Part shown: positions 47,936 to 64,000 of the stretch, in pieces
Position numbering within the stretch: position 1 is the stretch's first letter
Layout: each line of letters begins with the position of its first letter
Notes under the pieces: generated by a model
The model's input: the letters and a program-made list of their open reading frames with translations, nothing else
Database searches by the model: none
What the model was told of the DNA's origin: nothing
Source: Fimicolochytrium jonesii
Taxonomy: Eukaryota
Assembly: GCF_025526975.1 (NCBI RefSeq)
Contig: NW_026515672.1
Coordinates: 186,001-250,000, forward strand
DNA length: 64,000 nt
Direction: 5' to 3'
Made by a program: the position numbers and the translations under genes

Positions 47936-48418
47936 CTATCTCCTCTTCAACTTCATCTGCTTCTTAGCATCACTCCTAGCCTTTGCAATCATTTTCTTCC
48001 TGTAAGCGTTCCTGCTCATGAACAGCTTCATCTTCTCCTGCTTCGTCATTGGCGTTCCCTCCGCCGTCGACGCCCCTGATGCACCATCTACTTCCATCTT
48101 TGTCGAGTCGGCGGCTGCCGCGCCTGTGGATATCCGACCTCGCTCTTCTGTTGTTGCTTCTGTTGTGGCGGTGGTGGAAGGAGCGTCTGTCATTGCGGTT
48201 TCTTCCTTCTTCTGCTCGGCTACAGATGCGACGGCGGCTTCCTTCAGACGCTCCATGCGGGCTTTCTCTGCCGGCCCAAAGACCTGAGAAGCACAACGGA
48301 ATAGTAGAATTAGTCAGCGAACGTGCTAAAGGGGCGGAATGCCATACAGAGGCCTTACCATAGTCCTCAGGTGTGCGCGGTTGCGACGCATAGACTTTGA
48401 CCGCAGTCCTTTTGCCAT
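47936..48418 (-). CDS. DUF2423 / YBL028C(LLPH)-like small nucleolar pre-60S factor
   Basis: MAKGLRSKSMRRNRAHLRTM|VFGPAEKARMERL...KMEVD... with a basic C-terminus; one intron. Confidence 0.8.
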
Positions 48419-48755
48419 TGTGTATGTGAAGGTGTGTTGAGGTGTGGAGTGCTGGCTGGTGTGCTTGACTGTGCTTTCGACGGCTGTCGTTGCTGGTGGG
48501 TTATGGGTTCACTGCGGACGAAAAGAAAAGCGCTCAAGTTGGGTGTGATGACAGGCGAGTGCACATCCAAATGGGGGCTGCGCCACTTTTGCAGCCAATC
48601 AGTCTGTCGGACTCGCAGATCCGTGGTGGCCGAAAGTGTGCCTGCGAAGACCTGCAAACGCAACGCACTTTCACGGGAAAATTCATCAGCTATCGGAGAA
48701 GACTATTCAGTGAAGAGCAGAACGAAAGCAACGAACTAGGGAAGTTAACTCGTGG

Positions 48756-52248
<3,493 letters not shown>

Positions 52249-52336
52249 TGGTTTCCGTCTCTATATGCTTGCCCGAGTCCAGCGCTTGTACAACTTTTAC
52301 ACACAACTTTCAACCCAGACCAAACAAGCTGTTAGG

Positions 52337-54391
52337 CTATTGGTGCTCTGTACGCCGTTGTGTACTTGACGGATCATCGCCCGACTCCGTGGTGTCTTCT
52401 TCCTTCGCGTTTCTATCACTCCGCAGGGATCTCTTGAACTTCGTACTAAACGATCTATTTCTACTCAACAAAGGCGTCAACGCTAACCGCTCGTTCTTTG
52501 TTCCCTCAGAAGGCGTTTGAAGTTCGATTGCAGTAAACGTATCCGCAGCCGTCGTGCCCGCTTTACTGGCGGAAGAATCAAGTTTCCGGTCGGCGATGCC
52601 CATTGAGGCGTTCTGGATGATGGACGATAGGTGGTTGCCTTTATCTAAGAAACTTATCGCTGCGAGAAGGAAGAACAAACAGGGTTAAACGTCATTGATT
52701 TGTGAAGTCTCCTTCGCTATTGAGTTTCCATTACCTTCTCCTGTCTTGCCAGCCCGCCCCGTCCGCCCTATCCGATGTAAGTAGGTCGCTGCGTCCCTCG
52801 CGAAGTCCACTTGTATAACGGTCGACACATCTACGAAATCGAGCCCACGAGCGACGTAATCTGTGCAGATCAGAATGCGAAAGTCTCGCGAAGGAGATGC
52901 TCCACCGTGAGGCCTTTCCGGAATGCTCTCAGTTCCTTTCGATTGTTCCTCCTGAGAGACACCGACCGATGCCGGCGCGGTGATAGGTGTAGAAACGAAT
53001 TCCATAATCTTTTGGCTCCTCCCAAGCCGATCCTTTTCGCCGGTACCTTCCAAGACTTCACAATGGATGGTCACCTGTCCTCGATATTCCTCAGGGATGA
53101 AGATATGTTTGGTGCGATCCACAGCCTCATGCATCACCCTCGCTCTCCGCCCGTCATTGCAGAAAACGAGCCACTTTGCCCCACGGTGCGCATGCGCATC
53201 ACGGGCCGCAACCAACAGCTTTTCCGTCTGTTGATATATCAGGCTTAATAGCGCATTGCATTTCAGTCGATCTTCCGCTTCCATCGTAAGCTCTTCGGTC
53301 AATTGGTCGTCGCGGGCCAGAGGGAAAAACCGCTCTGTTATGCCCACCGGGGCTTTGTGAAGTTCCCCGGTGCTCACAGTGACCAAATTCGGAAAATGTT
53401 TGTGTAGGAGAGCCCGAGGAGTTTTCGATTTGGCAGCTCTGATCGGCGGCATCGTCGCAGCGGCAAAAATGAACTTCGATCGTCGCCCCTCCGCTGGCAA
53501 ACATTGCTTTCTTAGGACCCTTTCCGCCTGCGACACGAGCTCCCATGCCTTTTCGTCTCCGACAATGGAATCGGCTTCATCAACAACGACAATCTCGCAC
53601 CGACCCAGGAACGCTCGCAGAAGGCGGTTGTTTCTCCATTCGACATTGACCGAGCCAGGGGTAGCTATCACGATGTCGGGTGATCGAAGTTGAGACAATA
53701 GAACTGACGGCGGTGGAGGAAACAACGTCACTTTGAGGTTCAACCCTTTCGTGAACGCCCGTAGGGCTTTCACCACTTGCAGACACAGATCCCGAGTCGG
53801 TGTCAAAATAAGAACACGGGGAGCAAGAGGCGCACAGGAAGTAGATGCTGCTTTTGCGGGCTGTGCAATGAGATGGGACAAGACTGGAAGTAGGTAAGCT
53901 GAAAGAAATATCACGTCAGTTTTAGGATCTTCTGGACTTTTCATGCCAATAGCTGAACATACCTAGCGTTTTTCCAGAGCCCGTTTCGGCTGTTATGAGA
54001 ACGTCCTTCGAGTCTGCTAGTAGTGGTATCGCCTAAATTTAGAGCATTTCAGACTCCCGTTCGAGAGCAATATGTTTTCCGCCCAAACTTTACGGACCCT
54101 GCGCTGAACGTTACTTGGGACGGTAATCTTTTCGGCCTCCAGGGCCCGCAAGAACAGCTTATTCACCCCGAGCTCGCTAAATCCTTCTTGAGATTGCTGC
54201 ACAGGCGCATTCGGTATATTCGCCGTTCCGGCGTCGCCCGACCCTCCGGACGTGGTGGTATATGGGCTTCGAAATGAAGTCTCCGGACGTTGCAGCGCGG
54301 CTGGACGAACCGCCGTTCCGACCGTTGGGAGGCCTACTTCGTTACAGCATAAGGCAGAGCGCAGGAGGCTGAAGGCTCGTCTGGCGACCAT
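52337..54391 (-). CDS. DEAD-box RNA helicase, probably mitochondrial (Mrh4/DDX28-like)
   Basis: Presequence MVARRAFSLLRS, Q motif FSELGV...PSNVQ, AETGSGKT, PTRDL, TPG, DEAD, AAT (motif III variant), ARGLD, HRIGRTGRAG. Confidence 0.88.
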
Positions 54392-54649
54392 TCTTGAGTC
54401 TCTTGCTGGCCTTGCTTTCCTGCATGTGTGCTCCTTTCAAACCAAGAGGAAAGTGCAGGAGAAGGCCTTGACGCAGGCCTTGACGCGTTGACCTGCGTTG
54501 ACACACCAACAGCACAAACCAGAGCACAAACGTTCGACATCGAGAAAACTTGGTCAGGCCTCGGCGGTGGAAAGCTCATGGCGCTTGAACCGTACGTTCT
54601 GTAAAGTGTGCCTTCGGTCTCCCAAGGGTTTGCCAAGTCAGAAGCGGCA

Positions 54650-55337
54650 ATGTTGCACGCACTGCTCATCATAAATAAAGCCGGTGGGCTGATCTACAAC
54701 CGCGACTTCACCGATGGTCTCGCAAAGCTCACCACCAACGAGTATCTCGTCATGGCAGGAACATTCCACGGGTAAGTGAAGGTGGCAGGTGTTGTCGACA
54801 GGGAAGTCTAATTAGGGCGGGCTCTGGACGCCGTAGGCTTCCAGTCGCCCAGTAGAGGCTATGATGGGCGCCGCGTTTTTGTGCCCTGCTCCTGGGAACC
54901 TGTACTTACGCAGGCTATTAGGGTGCACGCTATTACGTCCCGAATATCACCAGTGCCAGGGTCAAGTGGGATGGAAGTGCTGGAAGCCGATACATTCAGG
55001 ATTTTCTGCTTCCAAACATTAACAGGTTCGTAGATTGGAGATACTGGTCATTTGGGCCGTATGTAACGTGGGGTTTGGACAGGCGTAGACCGGTGGTAGC
55101 TTTCATACTCATCATTCATGTTGCAAATTGATTGGCAATCCCCATGTAGGCGTAAAATTCCTCCTCATCACAGACCCATTGCAACCATATGCGGACAACA
55201 TGTCACGGAAAGTTTATGAGCTTTACGGCGATTTTGTGATGAAGAACCCGTTCTACAATCCTGAAATGCCAATCAGGATAGAACTTTTCGATGCAAATGT
55301 ACAGAAGCTGGCTAAACAACTGAACGCTGGAGGTTGA
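54650..55337 (+). CDS. TRS23: TRAPP complex subunit Trs23 (TRAPPC4)
   Basis: [14 protein letters not shown]...[25 protein letters not shown]...FQTLTGVKFLL...[26 protein letters not shown]. Three exons. Confidence 0.96.
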
Positions 55338-55991
55338 TGTGCCACACCGGGAGAGAGAAAGGTGAAGATTAGTTCTAGATCTGAGCTTGACGAAGGTACC
55401 TGGTTTCCTTACCAAACATGGTTCTGCTTCGGTAGATGCCACTATTTGCCATGGTCTGATTGTGCCTTGCTTGTATGTAGTATGTAAAGGCTCATGAAAA
55501 ATCTAGAACATTTTGGACATGAATTCATTCCCTGAGGAGCATGGGTCCATCACTCGCTGCTCCAGCAGACATGCTTTTACTCAGCAAGAAAGTGACCAGC
55601 AGCCATCCCCCGGTCGAAAACCGATAAATGCAAATGCCTCCCAATGCAAAATTCATATATTTGAAGTAGGTTACATCTCCCAAACAGAAATACAAGTTTT
55701 GGAGACAAAACAGACGTCGTCCCCGAAACAAAACATAACGGAATTTTCACGGAGATCATGACAAAGGTAGCAAGCAACCTTCTGCCGTATTGTTTGCTGT
55801 CGCTCATGCTTGCTCATAGTGATCCCTTTCGCGAGATCAAGAGATGAGTCCAAGTCGGCTTGGGAAACGCTCATGGCCTTCGACCGGAGTGACATTCGAG
55901 GATGTTGTCCAGTCGTTGTGCGGGGATGCGTGAGGAGCGCTTGCTCGAGAAAGAGCCCCCACCGCCTTCCCCACACGTCAAGCGGGTATGT

Positions 55992-57908
55992 TCAAAAACT
56001 GATGGGTTTCTGTGCTTCCTTTGGATCAAGGTTCTGGCCCTCAGCGTGTTTAGTCTTCTTCTTCTTCTTCGGCTTTGTGGCACCATCACCGCCATTTGCG
56101 TCGGCGCGGGCAGTCTCGACGCCAGCAGTCTGTTCCGAAACGCTCGCCTTCCGCTTCTTTTGTTTGTGTGAGTGTTTGTGAGAGAAAGACGTCGAAGTGA
56201 CTGCAGCGGTCGGGGCAGTGGAAGGAGCGTCCTCGCGCGCTTGAGACGCCGTGGCCTGGTTCGATTCGTGGTCGGTCACCTTAGTTTTCTTCTTGGACTT
56301 CTTTGTTTTAAACGGTATCTTTCCCGTAAGGTCGTTGACGTCCGCAGATCTTGCTTCCGTTAAATCGTCGAGTCCTTCCGCAATCTGTGCTTGGATCGAG
56401 TTCGTCATTTGAGCATCCGTGGACTCCGGCAATTCGTCAACTGATACTCCAACGATGGAGGTCATATCTGCACCACGCTCGAGGGATTCCATCGCGGCAA
56501 GGGATGCCATGGCAGCCTCCTTGGCGGCCGTTTGGTTCTGCATGGATGGTTTTGGGACGAGTGATGTGAAGGTCATCATCTCTTCCTCTTCCTCTTCCTC
56601 CCACTCTTCATCTTCATCGTCCCCTCCCTCCTTATTTCCCTCCACCGCATCGACACCGTCAGAGGCGGGAATGCTTTGCGTGTTGCCATCATCATCGTAA
56701 AAGTCTAGGCCCAGTCCAAACCCAGATGCAGGTTCGAGAGGCAGGTTGTCCGGATTGTTGTCCACCTCGTCTATATGAGTATCGTCTATGATCCCCTTCG
56801 CTTGTCGGCTCGCTTTCTCCTCGACGAGAGAATGAGCCAATCGAACTCCTTCAAGGAAGGACATATAGTCGAAATCTTTCACCCTCTTGCGGCATCTCCG
56901 CCAACGGTTTCGCAAAAATGTAATGGGTAAATTGGACCAGTCCTCGCCCCGAAGCCCTGCCCATTCGATCTCATCTTCATGTTCGGCTTTGTCATGAATT
57001 GCCAGTATGCGAGTAAGGAGTTCGCGGTCGTCCGCTGCCGTCCATCGCTCTTTGCCTAGCACGAACCATGGTTTGCGAAGAAGAAAATGATCGGCGCAGG
57101 CTCTTTCATCCCTGCTTCCGACAACTTTGGAAATCTCCACCCATTCCGTTATTTGCGAGTGATTCGTATATCCTTTCTTTTCCATGACATCATTCATGGC
57201 GTCGGTTAATCGCTTTTGCTCTTCGGACGTCCACTGAGCATTGTTCTTTTTCGGTTTCGCCGCCTTTTGTCCCGCCATTGAACTCGGGGCACCGTCCGCT
57301 CTACGGCCATTGGTAATGTCTTCGTACCTACGGCGCGCATTGGGACGCCCCAGCTTGATATTGATGTCTCGCCATTTCTCCCCCCTCTGAACCAACTCTA
57401 CAAGCTCTCGATCTTCTTCCGGTGTATAAGGCCGCCTCTCGCGCTTCTCACCAACTTCTCTGTCACCATGGCCAATAAGAGTCCGCTTCACGAATACAGC
57501 GAGTTGATATATCGTGCGATTGAGTCGTGAGGTCTTCAGAATCTCCCTCATGACCTTTTTGCTCCCATGCGTGGCATCTTTGGGATCCGCAGGCACGCCC
57601 TCCGCAGTTTTGTTGCCGTGGTTCCTTTTTTGCGCCAGTATAGCAAAAAAGTCGTCTTTTGAGATGTCATGGTCCTCCATGTATTTGTTCATAGCAGCTT
57701 CCACAGCCTGTCGCTCCGTACTCTTGAACCTTCCTTGGCTATACGAATCCAGATACTCTTTGTGCTTTTCGTAGTTTAAGCTGTGCGTGAAAACGATTGA
57801 AGGAGGCCTCTCGTCGGTTTCCGGGTCGATGAAAAGGGGTGGGGCAGGTTTGGTGCCAAAATATTCGGCATGGTTGCGGTGCCTGTTGGGTGTGGACGTG
57901 GTTGCCAT
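55992..57908 (-). CDS. Myb/SANT-repeat DNA-binding protein, Reb1/TTF1/DMTF1-like
   Basis: QGRFKSTE, YTPEEDRELVELV...W..I...LGR, WTSEEQKRL...W.EISKVVGSRDERAC, WTAADDRELL...EDEIEW, then an acidic and K-rich tail. Confidence 0.82.
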   Translation of the reverse strand: MATTSTPNRHRNHAEYFGTKPAPPLFIDPETDERPPSIVFTHSLNYEKHKEYLDSYSQGRFKSTERQAVEAAMNKYMEDHDISKDDFFAILAQKRNHGNKTAEGVPADPKDATHGSKKVMREILKTSRLNRTIYQLAVFVKRTLIGHGDREVGEKRERRPYTPEEDRELVELVQRGEKWRDINIKLGRPNARRRYEDITNGRRADGAPSSMAGQKAAKPKKNNAQWTSEEQKRLTDAMNDVMEKKGYTNHSQITEWVEISKVVGSRDERACADHFLLRKPWFVLGKERWTAADDRELLTRILAIHDKAEHEDEIEWAGLRGEDWSNLPITFLRNRWRRCRKRVKDFDYMSFLEGVRLAHSLVEEKASRQAKGIIDDTHIDEVDNNPDNLPLEPASGFGLGLDFYDDDGNTQSIPASDGVDAVEGNKEGGDDEDEEWEEEEEEEMMTFTSLVPKPSMQNQTAAKEAAMASLAAMESLERGADMTSIVGVSVDELPESTDAQMTNSIQAQIAEGLDDLTEARSADVNDLTGKIPFKTKKSKKKTKVTDHESNQATASQAREDAPSTAPTAAVTSTSFSHKHSHKQKKRKASVSEQTAGVETARADANGGDGATKPKKKKKTKHAEGQNLDPKEAQKPISF

Positions 57909-58603
57909 GACTGGACACGTCCCAAAAAACCAGCGGGGAACGGATGCAAGTGAAAAAGTTACCGAAGCGGAAGGGTAAGCTGGTTCGGTTTTCTTACTTG
58001 TCGCGGGTAACAGTTGCTGCGGGAATGCTTGCCGGGGGTTGGACGAAGGTGCTCTGCAAGGACGACACGCTCCAAAGCGACGGTTTTTTCGATGATTCTC
58101 AGGCCCGACGCTACTAACCCTAACCACCAAGGGCATCTCGTCGTTCTCACATGGTCATACTGTACCTCGTATGTGCCCACTGGACATTGAAGACCTCCCT
58201 GGACCTCCTGGACATTGGACACTGGCGCCCACATGAATTGATAGGCAATATGCCTTGGAACTGTCATGGTCATCCCAATGCACGTCTCCAGAGTCCACAT
58301 CCATCCACATGCCTGTCTCAGTTTTGTGTTGGCGTTGAAAACTGTTCGTGCATTTGCAAGCCACGGGACAGAAATCCTTTCGTCTCACTTTTATGATCAG
58401 CCGCACCTGCTAATCTATTGGCTATGGCCAGTGCGCATCCGCCCTTGTAAGACTGTCTTTGCACATGCCCTGAAGTCAATGATGAACATTTGAGAAAAGT
58501 CCAGCACATTCCCCGCAGGCGCGTCAGTCAGTCACCGCGACAGTGGTGGTAACCGAATGACAGTAATGTCAATTGAATGTCAATGGCATCACCCTTTAGT
58601 CAC

Positions 58604-58618
58604 TTTCCAGATGGTTCT
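58604..58618. promoter_or_regulatory. Putative heat-shock element (nTTCnnGAtnnTTCn)
   Basis: tTTCcaGATggTTCt, one mismatch from a three-unit HSE, ~100 bp upstream of the HSP70 TATA box. Confidence 0.55.
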
Positions 58619-58714
58619 ACGCGCAACGAGTCGGAAATAGTGTGGAGAAGCAGAAATCCACCCCCGCATAGAACGATGAACTGCACCAAATTGCTCGAGG
58701 ACATCCCCCGCTCC

Positions 58715-58722
58715 TATATAAA
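58715..58722 (+). promoter_or_regulatory. TATA box of HSP70
   Basis: TATATAAA about 125 bp upstream of ATG 58847. Confidence 0.75.
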
Positions 58723-58846
58723 GGGCCCGCCAAACTCCCCAGTGCAGATTTTCGCATTCACTTCACTTCTGATCGTCACAACCCGAAAAATATTACATTT
58801 GCAAATAACCTAACAGCATCTGCAACATCCCACACCTTTACTCAAT

Positions 58847-60772
58847 ATGAGTAGCGCTGGCACTTCGAAAGCCGTCGGAATCGATCTCGGCACAACCTAC
58901 AGCTGTGTCGGAGTCTTCCAAAACGACCGGGTAGAAATTATCCCAAACGACCAAGGCAACCGTACAACGCCCAGCTATGTGGCTTTCACCGATACTGAGC
59001 GTCTCATTGGAGACGCAGCGAAAAACCAAGTCGCCCTGAACCCACAAAACACTGTCTTTGACGCCAAGCGACTCATCGGCCGCCGGTTCACTGACAAGGA
59101 AGTTCAAAGCGATATGCAGCACTGGCCCTTCAAGGTCTGCTGCGAGGGCGACGGAAAGCCAGTCATCGAAGTCGAATTCAAGGGCGAGAAGAAGAGGTTC
59201 ACACCCGAACAAATCTCTTCGATGGTGCTCACCAAGATGCGCGAAATCTCCGAAGCCTACCTCGGCCACCCTGTCAAAGACGCAGTCATCACGGTCCCAG
59301 CCTATTTCAACGATTCTCAACGACAAGCAACGAAAGACGCTGGAACCATCGCCAACCTCAACGTTCTGCGCATTATCAACGAACCTACTGCCGCGGCGAT
59401 TGCGTACGGGCTTGACAAGCGCAAGGGCCATGAGCAAAACGTCCTCATTTTCGATCTTGGAGGCGGCACGTTTGACGTGTCGCTTCTTTCCATCGAAGAC
59501 GGCGTTTTCGAAGTCAAAGCTACCGCCGGCGATACCCACCTAGGCGGTGAAGACTTTGACAACCGCTTGGTCTCACACTTCGTCGACGAATTCAAGCGCA
59601 AATACAAGAAGGACATCCGAAGCAACCAGCGAGCACTTCGCCGCTTGCGTACGGCTGCCGAGCGCGCTAAGCGAACACTCTCGTCATCAGCCCAAGCGAG
59701 TCTCGAAATCGATTCTCTCTACGAAGGCATCGACTTCTATACGACAATAACCAGGGCGCGGTTTGAAGAACTCTGCGGCGATTTGTTCCGCGCCACGCTC
59801 GAACCGGTTGAGAAGGTTCTGCGAGACGCCAAAATCGCAAAGAATGAAGTCCACGAAGTCGTATTGGTCGGCGGCTCCACTCGCATCCCCAAAGTTCAGA
59901 AGCTCGTCTCCGACTTTTTCAACGGCAAGGAACTAAACCGGTCGATCAACCCGGACGAAGCAGTGGCCTACGGTGCTGCTGTCCAAGCAGCGATCCTCAC
60001 CGGTGTTCAATCCGAAAAGACGCAAGATGTGCTGTTGATGGATGTGGCGCCTCTCTCGCTCGGTCTCGAGACCGCCGGCGGAGTCATGACGCCGCTCATT
60101 CCTCGCAACACCGTTATACCCACCAAGAAGAGTCAAGTCTTTTCGACCTATTCGGACAACCAACCCGGCGTCCTGATTCAAGTCTACGAAGGCGAACGCA
60201 AGCTTACCAAAGACAACAATCTTCTCGGCAAATTCGAGCTCAGCGGTATCCCTCCTGCGCCTCGGGGCGTCCCGCAGATCGAAGTCGTCTTCGACATGGA
60301 TGCTAACGGCATCTTGAACGTATCTGCGCAAGACAAGACAACGGGGAGATCTGGCAAAATCACCATCACGAACGATAAGGGCCGTCTCAGCAAAGAGGAC
60401 ATTGAGCGCATGGTCAGCGAGGCTGAGAAGTTCAAGCAGGAAGATGCCGCGGTCGCTGAACGAGTCTCTGCTCGCAACGAGTTCGAATCGTACACATACA
60501 ACCTTCGTAACACCATGGATGACCCCAAACTGAGTGGCAACCTTTCCGATGAGGACAAGGCCAGCTTGAAGAAGCTCGTCGATGAAGCTATTCAATGGCT
60601 CGATCACAATCACGAAGCCTCAACCGAAGAGTATAAGGAACGTCAGAACGAATTGTCCAAGGCGACCGAAGGCATCTTGAAGAAGATGTATCAAGGCGGA
60701 GGAGGTAACACGGGAGGAGCTACCACAGACGGCAGTGCTCCCTCTGGTCCTACCGTGGAGGAAGTCGATTGA
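58847..60772 (+). CDS. HSP70: Cytosolic Hsp70 (Ssa-type), intronless
   Basis: [35 protein letters not shown]-terminal GPTVEEVD. Confidence 0.98.
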   Translation: MSSAGTSKAVGIDLGTTYSCVGVFQNDRVEIIPNDQGNRTTPSYVAFTDTERLIGDAAKNQVALNPQNTVFDAKRLIGRRFTDKEVQSDMQHWPFKVCCEGDGKPVIEVEFKGEKKRFTPEQISSMVLTKMREISEAYLGHPVKDAVITVPAYFNDSQRQATKDAGTIANLNVLRIINEPTAAAIAYGLDKRKGHEQNVLIFDLGGGTFDVSLLSIEDGVFEVKATAGDTHLGGEDFDNRLVSHFVDEFKRKYKKDIRSNQRALRRLRTAAERAKRTLSSSAQASLEIDSLYEGIDFYTTITRARFEELCGDLFRATLEPVEKVLRDAKIAKNEVHEVVLVGGSTRIPKVQKLVSDFFNGKELNRSINPDEAVAYGAAVQAAILTGVQSEKTQDVLLMDVAPLSLGLETAGGVMTPLIPRNTVIPTKKSQVFSTYSDNQPGVLIQVYEGERKLTKDNNLLGKFELSGIPPAPRGVPQIEVVFDMDANGILNVSAQDKTTGRSGKITITNDKGRLSKEDIERMVSEAEKFKQEDAAVAERVSARNEFESYTYNLRNTMDDPKLSGNLSDEDKASLKKLVDEAIQWLDHNHEASTEEYKERQNELSKATEGILKKMYQGGGGNTGGATTDGSAPSGPTVEEVD

Positions 60773-61313
60773 AAAGGAGTCGATGGAACAGCCCCGCCTC
60801 TGTTTGAAAAATGTATATAGCTAGCAACCCCAATTTTGTAACCTATCCATGTATCGTTGTTTGTAAATGGCTTCAATTGAATATGATCAGTATGGCAATC
60901 TTGTCCATGCATTGTCTGACCGTCGTCGAATAGTCCGTGAAGGGGAAATGGCTCAAGAACTGGGATTCCCACTGTCCCTATTCCCACTGTGTTATTTAGC
61001 GAAACCACAGCCAAGGGAACGGTTCACCGAGATTGATGAACGTTAATGGCCATTCCTCGAGTCGCACGAGTCCTGAAGGCCTTGCCATGTCCACATGTCG
61101 AAAGAGCATAGCAAGTCCAGTAGACTCACGATTCGAGATTCTACCAATTCCACTCAAACAACACTTCCATCGGGCTCGCCACTCCGACTCGTGCAAACAT
61201 AAATGGTTTCTGGATATATTGTAATGTAGGCAAATTTCGTTTAACGCGAGCAGAGGACTCTATATATATTCTCCTCACGGTCTGGCGGGGTAGATGTTGC
61301 ACCAGTACCGCAC

Positions 61314-62340
61314 TTAGTGGTGGTGGTCGTGGCTATGATCCTGGTTGTATTTGAAAACGTTTCCGCAATGAGGGCATCGGTCGAACTTCTTCTTGCCATA
61401 GTCGCGAATCGTCAACCAGATGGCTTCGTGGGAGTCAGCGGGGAATCCTATAAGAACCAGAAGAGTTAGAACACCAAGTCGTTCAAACTCAGTCATATCG
61501 CAGCTCACCGGTGCAAGCAATGTATCGTTCTGGGTCAGCACCCTTGATGACAATAGGGTTGGAGGGTGTTCCACGAGCAGTGAGGTAGATGGGTTGCATT
61601 TCTTCCCAAGGCTCCTTTCCAGCTAAGCGAGCCAAGTATTCGTAACGCTCGTTACCAGTCATCAATTCGTGGTTGGTGGGGATCTGGCCCTCCTCACGGA
61701 AACCAACAAGAGTATCTTCGGCGGAGTCCTTCGTTGCTGGGGTAGCTGAAAGTGAACCGGAGTTGCCAGCGGTTAGAAGCGTGTATACGCAATTAAAGTC
61801 GCATGGTGCCTCTCGAGGCTGATCTCATAAGGCCATCCAGAACTTTCGTTTTCTCCAACGTTTCCCATCCTCAGCGACGGAATGCCTCGATTCGCTGCCC
61901 CTCTTCCCAGTAACCCCACCATCTCTCTCCGTTGTGCCCAGCGTATTCATTCCGCCCAGAGACAGTCTGGCTCCTCCTCGCCACTTCGCACAAGCGCCTT
62001 TTCGCCCGCGTGCCATACATTTCCTCGGCTATGCAAGCTTCACTCTCTCCCGGCGTTCACAGGCGACCGATCCTGGGCCTTTGAACCGACCAGCGAGCCA
62101 AGCCCACTCAAGAATAACAAGAAGAGTGCTTCAGCTTCTCAATTATCTGACCGGGGAGGCCCTTCTCCCATAGTCCGACGTCGTCTGTTTCGGTCAGGGA
62201 AAGTCGACTGTCATATTCATTCGCAACTCACCTTGACGTGTGACGGCGGCGACAGAGAAGGCCCTGGTAGCCATCGCTGGCCTAACAGCGACGGCGAACG
62301 CCCTTGAGGAGCGAGCAACGGCACGGATGAGAGGCGACAT
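61314..62340 (-). CDS. COX4: Cytochrome c oxidase subunit 4 (fungal Cox4 = animal COX5B), Zn-binding
   Basis: Presequence MSPLIRAVARSSRAF, long first intron (~62231..61747), IPTNHELMTGNERYEYL, RYIACTGFPADSHEAIWL, RCPHCGNVFK. Confidence 0.93.
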
Positions 62341-62647
62341 GACTTGTGATTGATTGCTAATTGAGTTTCCGTTGGAGTTCGTATAGTACGCAAACGTGAG
62401 GTTCAAGGTCCAGGTTGTCTTTCCCGTCGTCACTGGACGGTGATGAGAGAGTTTAATGTAAAGCACGTGAAACCGCAATAAACTCACGAACGCGCGTTTG
62501 TCACTCTGGACATGGACACCGCGCTGCTGTTGAATTTCCAGAACTCGAAGTAAGCGGAAACGGACGGCGAGAATTGTCGGAATTGTTGGAATTGTGTCGG
62601 CCGTTCGTCAAAGCCTATGCCTGTGCCCTCGCTATTAGGAGCCGAAA

Positions 62648-64000
62648 ATGAGCGACGAAAAGAGAGCGGAGAGGCTTTTGAAGCGGGCGAAGCCATTCCT
62701 CGACGAAAAGCTGAAAGCTAAACAGAGACTGACCGCTCTGTCCAGCTTTGTCGGTAACTTGAACGTCGTTTACTTTGTGCAGAAGTCTGGGGATAGACTC
62801 GACGCTAATATCAACATCCTTGTTTGTGCCTTCCTTCAGAGAACTCCAATGTGCAGGAGCAACAGAAGTTTTTTCACGAGCATGATTACCAGATATACAC
62901 CGTCATGTTCGATTGCTTTACGCATCAGGTGGACAAAATCAAAAGTAGGATCAGGCGATATCACTGCGGTGTCCGCTTTTGATAATCTCTGATGTCCATG
63001 CGCGTTCCAGCACGAGAAAAACCAGACAAGCCGGTTTCCATAAACAGTAAAGAGGTGGCTGATTTACTGCGATCTTTGCAGATCTTGAAGAAGATCATAG
63101 TCTATCTCCCCGAGAAGATGAGAGCTGGTTGGCAAAGGCGAAGCATAGGTACCGGCTGTGTCCTCTCTTGGGTATTGTGCAACCATTGTGCTTACCCCTC
63201 TCCATCCTCTTCAGTGGGAATCCTCCAGGCCTTACTCGTAACAGGCAACCATGTCAAGCTACGCATCGAAGGACTCCGACTTTTGCTTCTATACCTCGCC
63301 CAGCAACCGCCAGAAGTACAGGATACGATCCCTCTGTACGCCAACGCTATTTCATTATCCGTATTTGATGCTTTCGTCATCCCCCCGCCAATAGCAACTG
63401 CGCATACCTACTGCGAAAATCAGGGAATAGATAGTCTGTTGCCGACGGAGGGTGTTGCCGTCTGGAAGGGGGAGGGCAAAGGACAACTGAATCAGGATGT
63501 CATAGAATGGGAGAGACGAATACATACGCTCAACGGGCCCGCATCCGTGGGCGGTTCAGGAGGCAGCAGCAGTATGTGCAATATTTGTCATCTTTCGCGA
63601 GAGCAATCAATTCAGACGAATCTTCCACCCTTAGCCATGGATAGAACGGTGCTGCTTCCTAGCTCGACGCCCTTTACGATTTACGACGCGATGGACATGT
63701 TCGAGGAGATCTTATCACATCTGGTTATAGTGGCTGGTGAAACACCTGCAACTCAATCGACGGCGACGGCGAGCCTGCAAGTTCCAAGTGTAAGAGGTCA
63801 TCGGGGCTCGGTCGTGGAAAAGGTACACCCGGAAGCTAAGGAGACGGAAGTCGGGACTGATGCCCCGAACGTGAGCACGCCCTCAGTGAGCAGAAACGGT
63901 TCTCTCGCCGCCACGGACACAACGCCAGCGAAATCCATACTCGACATTTCTGCTCAGCCGGCGGATGGCCTCTCCATTATGTGGGGCCATTTCCGAAATC
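62648..64000 (+). CDS. Ral GTPase-activating protein alpha subunit-like, N-terminal part (runs off the window)
   Basis: Spliced KPFLDEKLKAKQRLTAL...FFHEHDYQIYTVMFDCF...ILKKIIVYLPEKMRAGWQRRSI.GILQALLVTGNHVKLRIEGLRLLLLYL matches the RALGAPA N-terminal pattern (LPERI..RWQ.HSI...LLHTGN..KIR.EG.RLFLLWL). Confidence 0.8.

Noticed and set aside
58838..60613. Long antisense ORFs opposite HSP70
   Set aside because: A well-known consequence of HSP70 codon bias.
61747..62231. Long COX4 intron, and the CSL4 intron near 39767..39962, as snoRNA hosts
   Set aside because: No properly spaced C/D or H/ACA boxes recognised.

Overview
Gene-dense, intron-rich eukaryotic DNA with GT-AG introns mostly 40-120 nt. 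It is most likely from an early-diverging fungus (chytrid-like); this is inferred from gene content: fungal NTH1, MUB1/samB, COX4 and Sph3 together with RalGAP-alpha-like and CBA1-like genes. About 28 protein-coding genes can be modelled. Most are housekeeping: NUDT15-like, kinesin-7, NMD3, INP54-like, RNF5-like, UGGT, NTH1, MRPL3, CSL4, MUB1, AFG2, a DEAD-box helicase, TRS23, Reb1-like, HSP70 and COX4. The first 9 kb is accessory-like and holds the two strongest signals. (1) An 11-exon gene (8461..4956, minus, 937 aa by manual splicing) fuses an Argonaute-type PAZ domain, two CCHC zinc knuckles, an FKBP prolyl isomerase and an Hsp90-clamp TPR domain, making it a candidate self-contained small-RNA/Argonaute-loading co-chaperone. 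(2) A secreted CBA1-like (cobalamin-acquisition/periplasmic-binding-fold) gene lies head-to-head with an intronless, bacterial-type B12-binding radical SAM gene. The window also has a decayed PD-(D/E)xK nuclease gene, a 607-bp hAT-type non-autonomous element with a perfect 8-bp TSD at the 5' end of a TmcB/C-like pseudogene, and recurring C-rich to G-rich skew flips inside exons. All family assignments come from motif recognition by eye; no database searches were run.
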